A DNA stretch of 64,000 nucleotides from Callorhinchus milii (taxonomy: Eukaryota). The stretch covers positions 132,620,001 through 132,684,000 of the forward strand of contig NW_024704742.1 in assembly GCF_018977255.1 (NCBI RefSeq). Direction: 5' to 3'. A model generated the notes under the pieces. The model saw only the letters and a list, made by a program, of their open reading frames with translations, was not told the origin of the DNA and did no database searches. Of this stretch, positions 47,601-60,155 are shown piece by piece. Made by a program: the position numbers and the translations under genes. Within the stretch, counting starts at the first letter, position 1, and the number at the start of each line of letters is the position of its first letter.

Positions 47601-48089
47601 TACGGAAGTGTTGAGGGAAATGAAGTGGTGGTTCGAGATGGCTTTATCAATGATGATGATGTCCGAGATGGTGAGGCCCCGGGTGATCACCAGGTCAAGG
47701 GGGTAGCCACAGTTGTGGGTGGGGGAGTGGATGAGGAGGGAGAGGTTAAGAGAGGAGGGAGGAGAAGTCAGCAGAGGTAGAGCAGGAGGGGGTGAGGTTG
47801 AAGTCGCCTAGGATTAGGAGGCATTAAGAGCAGAGGGAGAGGAAAGATAGGAGGGTGGAGATATCTGAGAGGAAGGTGGGGGAAGGTTTGGGAGGACGGT
47901 AGACAAGGAGGATTTTGAGGGAGAGCCTGAAGGGGTGATAGAGGGTAAAGTGTTCAAAGGAGGGGAAGGTTCTGGAGGAGTAAGAGGAAAAGCCGAGAGG
48001 GGACTGGGAAATGAGAGCCACACCACCTCCACAGCGATTAGGCCCTGCAGTTTGGTGAAAGGTGTAACCTGGAGGTGTGGCCTCAACTA

Positions 48090-48693
48090 CAACAACAACA
48101 ACAACAAGATTCCATTTATTGAGCGCCTTTCACATCGGGAGGACGTCCCAAGGCGCTGTACAGTTGGGTCAGGACCCGAGCAAGGGGGAAATGGTCAGGG
48201 TGAGGGGAGGGAAGGGAGGGAGCGAGGAGGGGGTAGAGAGTCGAGAGGGGAGCTGAAGGCACGGACAAAGAGAGAGGTCTTGAGACCGGCCTTGAAGGAG
48301 GAAAGGGAGGAGGCAAGGCGAAGGCACTGGGGGATAGAGTTCCAGAGCCTAGGGGCTGAGAGGCTGAAGGCCCGGCCACCGATAGTAGGGCGGTTGGGGC
48401 GGGGGACGTGGAGCAGACCGGAGCCAGAGGAATGGAGGGTACAGGCGGGTAGGTAGGGGGATAGTAGGTCGGAGAGGTAGGAGGGAGCGAGGCCGTGAAT
48501 GGCCTTGTAGGTAAGGATGAGGATCTTGAATTCGATCCTCTGGGGGATGGGAAGCCAGTGGAGGCGAGCGAGGGTGGGAGTGATGTGTTCCCGAAGCCTG
48601 GTGCGGGACAGTACACGAGCTGCAGAGTTCTGAATGACCTGCAGCTTGTGGAGGGAGGTGCCGGGAAGGCCGGCGAGGAGAGAGTTCCCATAG
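48090..48693 (-). mobile_element. Young 5'-truncated L2 nested in the endonuclease domain of the older L2
   Basis: Has its own (AAC)n tail and stem-loop. The host frame FPL|VEATPPGYT rejoins when it is removed. Confidence 0.92.
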
Positions 48694-49250
48694 TAGTGGG
48701 AAGGTGTCGCCTGGGGTGACCCAGGTTTTGGTGAGGGCGAGGATGTCGATATTTTCCTTGATGATGAGGTCATGGATTGTGAGGAACTGGTTGGTTAATG
48801 AGCGGACGTTCTGCAAAGCGATGCAGAGGGGACAGTTAGTGGTGGCAGTGTGGGGGGGATGAGGGGTGGGAGGGGGTGGGCAGAAGGTTTGGATGAGGAT
48901 GTGAGTGAGGGAGGAAAGGTTGGCTCCTGTGGGTGAGGGCCGGTGGGCCTTGTGGTGAGAGTGGGGGAAGGGTCAGTCAGGATGGGTGCTGTAGGACTGC
49001 TGACGGCATCTGCCATGGTGGGCTCGACGGAGAATTTGAAGGGAGGAGCAGAGGGAGGCCGTGGGGGAGTCGAGGAGGGATAGGAGTCGGGGCAGGCGGA
49101 GGGAGAGGAGGGTTGAGCGGGAGTAGTGGGGGGAAGGGGACGAAGTCAGGAACATCTTGGGGAAACAGCTTGGGTCAATTGCGGCAGTTAATATGCACAT
49201 GCTGAGACTCGGAGCGGACAGGAGTGTTCAGCGAGCCATGGTTAGCCCGC

Positions 49251-49390
49251 TGGGATGGGATGAGCTGGGCTGGGCTGGGCTGGGTTGGGTTGGGATGGGA
49301 TGGGATGAGCTGAGCTGAGCTGAGCTGAGCTGGGCTGAGCTGGGCTGAGCTGGGCTGGGCTGAGCTGGGCTGGGCTTAGCTGGTTTGGGC
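49251..49390 (+). repeat. Pentamer tandem array (TGAGC/TGGGC/TGGGA/TGGGT) x28
   Basis: Exact 5-bp periodicity; 10 AGCT motifs. Confidence 0.95.
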
Positions 49391-49814
49391 TGGTGAGGCT
49401 CAGTGAGAAGATGGGGACAGTGATGTCTTCCCAGTGAGTCCTGGCCTCGAGATTCAAATAAGGCGAGCGGGATGACATTACGCAGTAGCCGGTGGCTGAT
49501 TGGCTGAGCCCTCAGAGAGTCCCGGATAATATTATTATTATTATTCTGTCTAAGAGAAAGAAATTGGCTCTTTGATAAGCCTTTGGTTTTACAGGTGTGA
49601 AAGAGCCAAAGTTCTTTAATACAGTATCTGTGGTACACACCAAGCCTTTGTTGTCCTCGGCTGATAGAGTTCAGTGGTGATCTGCAGAGCTGTTAACCTT
49701 CAACCTCCCTCGGTGTCCGAGCAGCAGGCTGGATGTGACACCTGGTTTGTGTACATTCTACAGCGCAAGTATTGCCTACAGTTGGGAAATATGCTGGAAA
49801 GGCCTTCGTCTGTC

Positions 49815-50210
49815 TTTGTGTGCTCAGTCAATAACACTCTGGCCTCTGAGTCGAACGCTGTGGGTTCAAGTTCTGTGTCAGAGCTTTGAACGCATAGTCT
49901 AGGCTAACATTAAGGGTGCGTGGCATTATCAGAGGTGCCGTCCTTCGGATGAGATTTAAACCATGGTCCTGTCTGTCTGCTCAGGTGGACGCTAAAGATC
50001 CCATGGTACTACTTGAAACGAGAAGGGAGTTTCTCCCAATGTCCTGACCAACAATTCCCCTAAATAAAATCACTCACTCACATCATGGCTGCTTGTGGCA
50101 CGTTTAACACAGAGTCACTATACTTTGCAGTAAAATCCTGTGAAATGTTTTGAGACATTCTCCCAATGTGAAGAGAGCTATATCAAATGGCAAGGACCAT
50201 TTATTATTTA
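49815..50210 (+). mobile_element. Deu-domain SINE
   Basis: GAGGTGCCGTCCTTCGGATGAGA..CTCAGGTGGACGCTAAAGATCCCATGG. Confidence 0.85.
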
Positions 50211-51595
50211 ATTATGCAATGCATATACTGTGTATATATATACACATGTGTGTGCATGTAACATCTTTCATTTCAGGGGGACGTCCCAAGGAACTTTACA
50301 ATCCAGGGCACCCGAGCTGGGGGTGGGAGATAAAGGAAATGGGGAGGGGAAAGATGATTGCAAGTGCAGTTAAAGAAGAAGGTCTTTAGATAGATCTTGA
50401 ACAAGGTAGGGGAGAGCTCTACAGGAGCTCTGGGATGGAGTTCCAGAGAGCGAGGCGGGGGATAAACTGAAACCCAGACCACTGATGGTGGGGTAAAAAT
50501 GGTGGTGGGGGGGGGTGAAATAGGTTGAGCAAAGGGAGTGGCTGGGTTGGTAGGGTTTGAGGAGGTCACAGAGTTGGCTTGAGGCAAGACCACATATGAC
50601 ACAAAAGTAGTTAATTTAGCCCAACCAGTCTGTGCCAGTGTTTCTCACACCTGGTAATGAAAGCCAAACTTGTTCTGAGGCAGGAATTGACAAACCAGTG
50701 ATAAATGTTCTTTTTTTTACTGTTTTCCACCCTTTGCTGTTTGCGAGTGTGTATTAACAAGCCAGTCAGCAGGGCAAATGGAATTGAATCCTCGGGACCA
50801 CAACGCTATTATTTTTTTGACATCTTGATGGAGTTGTGTTTTTATCTGCAGGGAAATTCGGTCTCTCCCAGCAGAACTTCCACCTTTGAACTTACCCTAA
50901 GTGAACGGCTTGGGTCATGAAGTCGGGTCCTCTTGAGAGCAGGAGGCAGGCGGTGTATGTGGCGGGTGAGCAGGTGGGAAAGGAGGGAGGGAGTGAGGGA
51001 CAAGCAGCAGGAAAGCTTGCCAGACAGTGCTTTCAATGGCAATCTATGTGGTTTTAGCTGGTTAGAATCCAGCAGTTACCCCCAACGCATACTCTGGGGT
51101 CTGCAAGCCTTGGCTCTTGCCAACCTGCGGCTAATACTTTCTGGACTTAGATAAGCAGGATACGTCTCTCGAGGAAGAGATTGCACATTTTATTCCAATA
51201 AATATTCACTTTTCAAATAGCGCCGTGGAATCTTTAAAGCTCACCTGCACAGGCAGACGGGACCTCGATTTAACATCTCATCTGAAGGACGGAGTAGGTA
51301 TGTCTAGATGACGTGATAAGACGCTGTACCAAATGCAAGGGTTATTATTATAAGGTCCTTATTCCAAATGGAATGATTATATCTCAAGGAGTTGCTACCC
51401 ACGTGAAGGGCATTGTATAAAGTTGCTGTTGTCATCCAGGGTCCCAGCCTCTACCACTTTTCCTGGGAACCCAGATCAGCTGTACTGTAGAACCATAGAA
51501 ATTTACAGCACGAATGCCATTCGGCCCATCATGTTTGTGCTGGATCTTTTTAAGAGGAATGCTTTCAGTCCCATTTACCTGCCCTTTCCGCCATA

Positions 51596-51870
51596 CCATT
51601 GGCGGGAGAGACTTTAGCCACTCTGCCCCCAACCTCTAGAATTCCATCCCCCAATCACTCCGCCTCGCCCCCTCCTTAGCCTCCTTCAAGCCCCACCTCA
51701 AGACTTTCCTCTTCGACCATGCCATCGGCCATCCCCCTTCTCCTCCCCTCTCTTTTCCCCACCCTGACCCCAGCTCGGGTCTGAAATGCTGTACACTGTC
51801 CAGCGCCTTGGGACGTCCTCCCGACATGAAAGGTGCTATACAAGTGTAACCTTGTTTTGTTGTTGTTATT
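51596..51870 (+). mobile_element. L2 3' end
   Basis: Homologous to 17972-18215 in the opposite orientation. Confidence 0.88.
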
Positions 51871-52034
51871 GTACCCCTGTAGTTTACTGCTTTCTGAAAG
51901 ATAATATTCTGCCTCAACCAACATTCCCAGCAGGGCATTCCATATCCTAACCATATTGTGTGAAAAGGTTTCTCCCAATCTCCCCAATTGCTCTTTTGCT
52001 AATAACCTTAAATTGATATCCTTGAATGACTCAG

Positions 52035-52312
52035 TCAATAATAATAATAATAATAATAATAGTCCTGCATTAGAAATCGTGTCATTGAGACGTCTCAAAG
52101 CATTTCACAGAATAGCTGTTAAGTGAATTGACTGTATATTTTGTGGGCGAAACGCCAGCAGCCAATTGCAAACAGCAATGTCCCACAAAAAGTTGTTGAT
52201 TGAGTGACCAAATTATTATTTTTTTTTGAGGGTTTATTACCCCCACAGATAGATCTGCCAATCGACTAACAATTGAGTTGCTACAGAGATGTGTAGAGTA
52301 AGGAAACTTGTC
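52035..52312 (-). mobile_element. tRNA-Ala SINE fragment
   Basis: Body and tail without head. Confidence 0.75.
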
Positions 52313-52917
52313 TGAGATCCTGTCAATGACCAGTGTAAATGATTTCTCACTATTGACCGTAGCAAAACCCCTCATAATTTTAAGGACCTCTATCAAGTCA
52401 CCCCTCACCCTAGGTTACCTTCTATGTATGTAATGACTTTCTGGTGCCTGACTTAAAATTGTGCTTCACAAAGCAGAACCTCTTGTCCTGTGAAGTAAAC
52501 ATTTGGGATCTGGTCATTTTACTGCCAGATATCGAACTGAACGCAAGGCATTAGCTCAGAATCAGCCAGGTTATGCCACTCGCTCAGTGGAAAAAATACA
52601 CTCAACTGAAAAAAAGAACACCGTCTGTGACACAGTAAAGATCATTTTGGCTTTTCATACAACCCTCACATTAAAGTATGGAATAAAATGAATTTTTTTA
52701 TTGCTTTGGGTCCCAGTAGGGATATTTATAATGGCGAATCAATGATTGTATCATAGCTTGCTCTGCTTTGTGAATCACCCGACATAAATCACTGTGGTTG
52801 ATCAATTCTTGCTCTTTAAGGAATCGGAGAATGTTCAGCACTGAAGGAGGTCATTTGAGGCCATCCAGGAGTGCCTCCAAATCACTCACTCCCTCCCTCA
52901 CCTCATTCAAAATCCAT

Positions 52918-53248
52918 CGGGTAGGGTGGTCCTAGCTGGACAAGCAGCGGGAAAGCGATATCAATGGCAAGTTATGCATTTTTAGCTGGTCAGACTCCAG
53001 CAGTTACCGCAACGCACACTCTGGGGTCCCCAAGCCTTGGCTCTTGCCAACATGTGCCTAATACTTTCCGGAATTAGGTTTGCAGGATGTATTCCTTCAG
53101 GGAGAGAGTGGCACATTCCATCCCAATCATCTATCTCTGGAATTTCCACTTGTAAGTGGGATGCACGGAACTCTCAGTTTGGTTTGGATACTCTTAAGCA
53201 CGGTGATGGGTTTCCGCGTGTATCAGACACCCGACTGACCAAAACAAA
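52918..53248 (+). repeat. Family-A repeat, best preserved copy
   Basis: GGTCCTAGCTGGACAAGCAGCGGGAAAG...TTGGATACTCTTAAGCACGGTGATGGGTTTCC...CCCGACTGACCAAAACAAA. Confidence 0.85.
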
Positions 53249-53399
53249 GATTACCTCTTTGAATACCCTTTCGGTCATCTTTCCCCTCCACACCCTACCT
53301 CGATACCCACCCTCAGCTCGAATGCCCAGCCAACAGTGTCAAGCTTTGGGATGTCCTCCCGACGTGAATGCAAATTAGTATTGTATTAGGATCTGTCAA

Positions 53400-53870
53400 A
53401 GCCTAGGATATGGGGCATCATCTTAAAATTAGAGCAAGGCCATTTAGGCCATTTCCGCAAAAGGGGTGTGGAAATCTGGAGCTCTCTCTTCTAAAAGGCC
53501 GTGGATGCTGGATTCATTAAAATTTTTGGATAGATTTTTGTCAGGTCCAGTGTATCAAAGGATAGGGAGTTAAAGGATAGTAAATGGAGTTGAGGGACAG
53601 ATGAGCCATGAATGGAATGGCGGAATAGGCTCAAGGTGGCTGAATGGCCTACTCCTGTTCCTGTGTTCCTATTTTCCTTCTCCCCTTAAGTCGCGATCAG
53701 CAAGATTTTCAGCGGTACTCAAGGTGCGGGCTGACCAGAACAATTTACAGCCTGAGTATAACATCTGGGGATCGAAGCTCAACTGATTTCACAAAGCGGT
53801 CCAGCATCCTGTTTGCCTTGTTTATTACATCTTCATTCACACTATTTAGATATAGTGAGCAAAAATTAAT
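53400..53870. mobile_element. CR1 LINE fragments (both orientations)
   Basis: Plus-strand CR1 3' end GAATGGCCTACTCCTGTTCCTGTGTTCCTA; minus-strand INKANRML..RS-like fragment. Confidence 0.7.
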
Positions 53871-55002
53871 GACCCCTATTAACACGTTTCTGCATTCACC
53901 TTTCATTCTGTACCGTTGTTGGGGTAAAATAATCAAAATATTAATCCTTGCATTTGATATAGCCCATTATCAAGTCTTCGAGACGTCTGAAAGTGCTTCA
54001 CAGAATATATTATAAAGTGGATTGACTATGCATTTTGTGGACGAAACGCAGCCATCAATTGCGCATGGCAATGTCTTGCAAACAAGTGTGTGAAGTAAGG
54101 AAACTTGCCTAAGGTTTCACCCGACTCAAGAATCAAACCAGGGTCCTGTCACTTGCGAGGCAAGTGCTCTAACCAGGACTCCATAATCAAGCAAACTTTA
54201 ACATGGGAGAAGAACAGGATTTTGCTAGAGCTGAGGTTTAGTGGCAGTTTTGAATTGTTTGCGCAAGGCAATAGCAATACTCATTATTCAGTGTCTATCG
54301 CCCACCATTCCCACTAAGATTACTCAGACTATTCCCTTGTTTAGAATCATGCAGCAGGCAGTATGACAAACAAGTAGATATGGTTAACTGATGCTGGGTA
54401 TCGACTGTTGAATGTATTGAGCTCGCTCGTGTAAATTGTGTGTTGTCCTCTATTGTTTTGACATAAGATTTATTGAACTGCAGAAAGATCCAAAGGCAAT
54501 CATGAAGATAATTTAAACACTCGCAGCAGTATCCAGCTAAAACAGTACCGTTAACAATTCTGTACATTGGCAAACTTCCCACTACTTGGTCCAGCTAGGA
54601 CCACCTTGCCCATTACGGCTTTGGCTGCGGGATTAATATGAGCTGAGTATATATCTAAAAAAATATGGTCACTCAATCACGACTGCTTATATGCAATCGG
54701 CTGCTGGGTTTTGGCCACAAAATACAACCAATCCACTATATAATATGGTCTCTGAAGCACTTTGAGACATCTCAATGATATGGTGCTATATCAAATGTAA
54801 GGATTATTATTATTATATCAGTGCATGACAGTATGTGAGTGTCAGGGTGTGAGTGTGTGTCAGTGTCAAAATATAAAGTTGGAATCCTGAGATCAAAGGA
54901 ACTGAAGCCACTTGTACTCGATGGCTAACAACTTATTTAACTACTGAGGCAAAGAGACATATAACTTCACACTGATTCAGCAAACAGGGTTCCAATTGGT
55001 AA

Positions 55003-55314
55003 TAATAATAATAATAATCCTTTCATTTGATATGGGGCTTTTCATGTCTTCTAGACATCTCAAAGCGCTTCACAGCTTATACTGTAAAGTGAATTGCTAT
55101 ATTTGTGGGAGAAACTCAGCAGCCAATTGCACACAGCAGTGTCCCACAAACAGTCGTGGATTGAAGTGACCAAATTATTATTGTTTTTTTTCTTGAGGGA
55201 TTATTATCAGGTGTGTGGAGTAAGGAAACTTGCCCAAGGTTTCACCTTGCCGGGAATCGAACTCAGGTATCTCGCTTGCGAGGTGAGTGCTCTGACCACT
55301 GAGCTACAGGACTC
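55003..55314 (-). mobile_element. tRNA-Ala SINE, short subfamily
   Basis: Head-body-tail lacking the central segment. Confidence 0.85.
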
Positions 55315-55517
55315 TACAAATAAGAGTTTCAATAGGTAATATCGTGCTGTTATGCTCACGTATAATATGTCACAGTGGTGGCAATATCAAAGTTCATAGG
55401 CGGAGGACAAAATTCTCTTGGTTTGAAAAGCTGATGATAGTGGGTGTTGAATCTCTTACAACTGTGTATCGTCAACTTCTATTCTTCTTTCTTCTTCTGA
55501 TGTTACTACGATGTTAT

Positions 55518-55844
55518 GTAGAGTCCTGTAGTGTAGTGGTTAGGGTGCTCTTCTCGCACATGAGAGGACCCAGGTTCGATTCCTGGGTAGGGCGCAACCT
55601 TAGGCAAGTTTCCTTACTCCACACACCTCTGTTTAACTAGCAGTAAGTAGGAACACAGTTGTTATTATTAGATTGTCGGAGTGCTTTCCAGCGGTAATAA
55701 TCCCTAAAACACTCCATCCATGCTGTTTGTGGTTCACTGTTGTGCACAATTGGCTGCCTTGTTTTGCCCACAATATATACAGTCAATCCACTTTACAATA
55801 TATTCTGTGAAGCACTATATCAAATGCAAGGATTATTATTATTA
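55518..55844 (+). mobile_element. tRNA-Ala SINE, long subfamily
   Basis: Head-body-tail. Confidence 0.82.
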
Positions 55845-55914
55845 TGACTTGAATCTGGCGGCTGAGGTGGGAGTTTTGCCCTCTTGGATGAACGTACACC
55901 AACTCTAACTACTC

Positions 55915-56465
55915 TGAAGTGGAGCTCAGTTATTCTTCTCTATATCACGCTTCCCTACTTCACTGCATGTCAGCACTTTTTCACCCACCTGATTATTTTA
56001 ATCATGTTGGCCTTGGGCTGACTCTAATTAAACTGACTGTACAGCAGCAATTAATTCACCACACAACAGAAGCAACAAACTACAGTTGCAATAACAAAGT
56101 CACCTCTTTTTTTCTTAGCCAATTTAACTCCTCATTATACAATACACAGCATATCGACCTCTTCTCAAACCATTTAGTCTAATGTTGCACCAGCCAACCC
56201 TTCACACTTGTTATGCTTAGATAGACGTTCTGTAACCCGGCTCAGTTTAATTTAAACATTTATAATCAAGAATGTAGTTCTGCAATTCATCTCGACACCT
56301 ACTAACAAGCACAAACATGCTTTGTTTGATCAAAACAACATTTTATAATCTAGATTGTCATTCTGCATGTCAGCGGTAAACTAGCTAATGAGCTTAAACA
56401 TACCTAAGGCATCAGCATACCTCACCAAAACATTTTTAATGATTCATTTCTGATCTGGTCACATT
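55915..56465. repeat. Family-B repeat, uninterrupted copy
   Basis: ATGTCAGCACTTT.TCACCCACCTGATTATTTTAATC and GCAATAACAAAGTCACCTCTTTTTTTCT shared with 17760-19545. Confidence 0.85.
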
Positions 56466-56519
56466 TTAATAATTTACTTCTGATCTCAACAATGTAAGTA
56501 TCTGTGAGGGTCATTGTCA

Positions 56520-56770
56520 ATCAATGTGTCAATGTGTGTGTGATAGTGTCTGTGTGTGAGAATTGGTGAGTGTCATTGTGTAAGTGAGTGTGTGTCAGTG
56601 TGTTTGTGCATGTTAGTGTGTAAGTGTGTGGGAGTGTCGGTGTGAGTGTGCGCAGGTAAATCTACATGTGAGTGTGTGCCAGTATGTGTCGCAATGCGTC
56701 AATGTGTGTGTCGCTGTGTGTGAGTGTACGTGTGGGTCAGTGAATGCGAGAATGTGAGTGAATGTGGGTG
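56520..56770. repeat. Degenerate (GT)n low-complexity tract
   Basis: TG-dinucleotide rich. Confidence 0.85.
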
Positions 56771-58459
56771 ATTTTCACCCACAAAATATACATGCCCACA
56801 AAATATCATGTCTTCGAGATGTCTCAAAGTGCTTCACACAATATATTGTAAAGTGAATTGATTGTGTATTTTGTGGGTGAAACGGGGCAGCCAATTGCGC
56901 ACAGCAGTATTTCGCAAACAATCGTGGATTGAGTGACCAAATTGTTTTTTGAGGGATTATTACACCCGGAAAGGCAATCTGCCAATTGACTAACAACTAC
57001 TTACTGCCAAGTAAACAGAGGCATGTGGAGTAAAGGACTTCCTGTGCCTGTCCTGAAATTGCCCTTCGCAACACTAAACCCATGTCGTCTTGTTCTACTC
57101 TCTTGATGCATCCTAAGTATTTTTATAGTTTACTTTTTCTAACCCACCTCTATATAATCCCTGCTGAGTTGTTTTCTCTCAAGACTGAAGAGCCACTCGC
57201 TGATCTAATTATTCCTTTCCTGTAAGTGTAAAATTGGCTGCCACATTTCGCCCACAAATTGAACTTTACAATATATTCTGTGAAGCACTTTGAGACATCT
57301 CAATGACACGATAAAGCCCTATATCAAATGCAAGGATTATTATTATTATCATTGCTGGATTTAAAGGTGGTGTGAGCGTGTGTGAAGGAAGCGACAGAGA
57401 GAGGGAGAGAGAAGGGGGTCTGGTTTTAATGTTTGGAAAAGGTGATTAAAGGGCACAAAGCTACATCCATCATCATTCCAAAGGTTGTCAGGGCAGGCGA
57501 CAACTTTCCAGAGGGCAAAGACTTCTGAGCTATACAGCTTTGTAAAACACAAAGAGTGGTCACTCATGATCGGGCCTGTTAGGCTATCTCAGGCAGCAAT
57601 CCCAGGTGGATTATGTTACATCCCAATTATCTCAGCTCCTCTTCCCCCATTTTATCATCAACCATTCATTCCTTCTTTTGTTTATTGCCGCAACTTAAAC
57701 CAATCTCCAGTGGTTAACAACAACAACAAAATTACATTTGTATAGTGCATTTCAGTGGTTAATTTTTATCCTGCCCGGATATCGAACCCGGGTCCTCTCA
57801 TTTGCGAGGCAAGTGTTCTAACCGCTACGCTACGGGATTCCTTCTGTTGTATCTCTGCTGCCCACCCCACCCTCTCCATCTCCCTCCTATCCTCATCCCT
57901 TCCACCAAAAAAAACTTTCTTCTGTTTCGGACAATGTTCAAAGCAAAGTTGACAAAAAGATCCGTCCTTAAGGCCATTGTGGTGTGCCCAGCGTCAAGGC
58001 TGCCATGACCACTCGCTCCATATCCACGCAAAACCCGGGTCAAGTGTCTATTTGAAGCCAGTCAACCAGCCACTAGTGAATAAATCCCCTTAATATTAGA
58101 AGAGAGACCGCAGATAGAAATGGAAACTGCAGAGAAAATGTATCCCCTTTAGCTCCCACTCCCTTCTTTTCTACTATTATTATACCTTGAAACATATGTC
58201 AATCTTCTTATTTTGAGTTTAACGCTGTTCCACCCGCCCCTGACTCCCACCCGTTGTCATTTGCCCCATGAAAAATGTGACCCGCCATAATTAGATTTGA
58301 TGATCACAAATCGCCCAGGTAAAACTCAGTCATTTCCTTCATGGCTGTTTGTGGGACATTGCTGGGTGCAAATTGGCTCCCGTGCTACTCCACAAAATAC
58401 ACGGTCCCTATACTTCACAGTAAATTCCGTCAATAATATTGATAATAATAATCTTTGAC

Positions 58460-58695
58460 GGATATATTGTGAAATGGATTGACTGTGTTAGTTTGTGGGT
58501 GAAACATGGCACTCAGTTGCACACAGCAACATCCCAGAAACAGCCATGGAGTGACAAATTTTATTTAGGGGATTGTTGGCCCAGACACTGGGAGAGAGAA
58601 ACTCCCTTCTCTTTTCAACTAGTGTCATGAGGATCTTTAACATCCACCCGAACAGGCAGATGGGACCTCGGTTTAATGTCTCATCTGAAGGACAG
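58460..58695 (-). mobile_element. Deu-domain SINE fragment
   Basis: Reverse complement of the Deu body. Confidence 0.78.
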
Positions 58696-59838
58696 ATGTG
58701 GTGTCCTCCTGATGGGAAAGGAACTTTACTGAATGTGAGGATTATAATATCAAAGTCCCATTTGCCCAGTAATAAAAATGTTGGCACATCAGTCACCCAC
58801 CATGACTGCCCCAGTTTGCCGTGACTCACGTCTTTAGCATTAAAACTCAGTGGGAATTTAAAAAAAATGAATGAACCTTTAATATTTCCCAGGCCCTTTG
58901 AAAAAATAGTTTTTCAGGTGAGGATTTTGGATATTTCCTGCCTTGTGGGTGGGGAAAAAAAGTTCAAAAACATCACCAGGCATTGTTAAAGGGGTTTTGA
59001 ATCTTTGAAGCTATCTCTGGTTTCAGTAGAATTGCTTCAATCCATGGTACTGCTAACTTGTCCATTCTATTCCAGGAATAGATACTTCCCTCACTAATGG
59101 TGATGGATTGTCAGTCCTAACAACAGCAACAACTTGAGTTAGTTCCCAACGTGAGGTTTTGAACCCACAACCTTCTGACTCGGAGGAGAGAATGCTACCG
59201 ACTGAGCCGGGCTGACACACTAAAGAGGGGGCGAGGTGGAGTGATTGAGGGAGGGAGTTCCAGAGGTTCAGGGCACAGTGACTCTAGGCACGGCCGCCGA
59301 TGGTGGAGCGGAGTGGTCGGGACCTGTGCAAAAAGCCCGAGACATCCAAGTGAAGGGAGCAGAGTTTGAGCAGGTGGGACAGGTAAAAGGTCCATGTTTC
59401 TATGAGCAGTGGGAGTTTGTGCCACATTCTCTAACCCATTCCTGGGGCAACGTATTAAAAAGAAGAAAAATAATCCTCCGTAAATGTATCTGCTCAAAGT
59501 CAAATTAATTTCTGTCTCTGAAAATGCAAAGACCCCTTTCGCCACCGAGTTTTTAATGAAATTTTTTCTATTCGGAATAAATAAGGCATCTGATTCAAAT
59601 GAAACTTCTGGATTTCTGTATGAGGTTGTCACAGTGTAATGGAATTTTCTCAGCAGCTGCTTCATATCACTTTAGATTTGGAAGACTGTCATCCCATGAG
59701 CTGGGCAGAATTTGAATAAACGCAACCCCCTCAATCCCACCCCACACACACACACCACACACACACAAGAATAGAACTGGGACACAAAATATAGAAATAA
59801 ATTTTAGACTGAACAATGCAACACACTTCATCAATCGT

Positions 59839-60155
59839 GGAGTCCTGTAGCTCAGTGGTTAGAGCACTCGCTTTGCAAGTGAGAGACCTGAGTTCAATTC
59901 CAGGCAGGGCGAAACCTTGGGCAAGTTTCCTTACTCCACACGCCTAATAATAATCCCTCCAAAAAACAAAAACAATAATTAAATTGGTCATTTTCAATCT
60001 ATGACTGTTTGTGGGACATTGCTGTGCGCAATTGGCTGCCGCGTTCGCCCACAAATATACAGTCAATTCACTTTACAGTGTGTTTTGTGAAGCGCTTTGG
60101 GACGTCCTACCGATGTGAAAAGCGCTATATCAAATGCAAGGATTATTATTATTAT
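59839..60155 (+). mobile_element. tRNA-Ala SINE, short subfamily, young full-length copy
   Basis: A box TAGCTCAGTGG, TGC anticodon-like loop, B box GTTCAATTCC, L2-like tail, (ATT)n. Confidence 0.92.

Larger units (their letters stand above)
45565..49520 (-). mobile_element. Near-full-length decayed L2 LINE (5' region, APE endonuclease, RT, 3' tail)
   Basis: LQNVRSLTNQFLTIHDLIIKENIDILALTKTWVTPGDTFPL (APE start ~48816), LVYRPPK, RT motifs at 46000-46700, tail at 45565. The 5' boundary is inferred. Confidence 0.88.

Noticed and set aside
49228..49638. ORFs with (AQPSP/AQLSS)n repeats
   Set aside because: Translation of the pentamer array; no evidence of coding function.
52465..52774. 13-bp inverted repeat TTCACAAAGCAGA / TCTGCTTTGTGAA as MITE ends
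   Set aside because: No TSD or second copy; a match this short is plausible by chance in 64 kb.
59839..59910. tRNA-Ala gene
   Set aside because: It has A/B boxes and an anticodon-like arm but no acceptor stem, and continues into a SINE body; the same holds for all similar heads.
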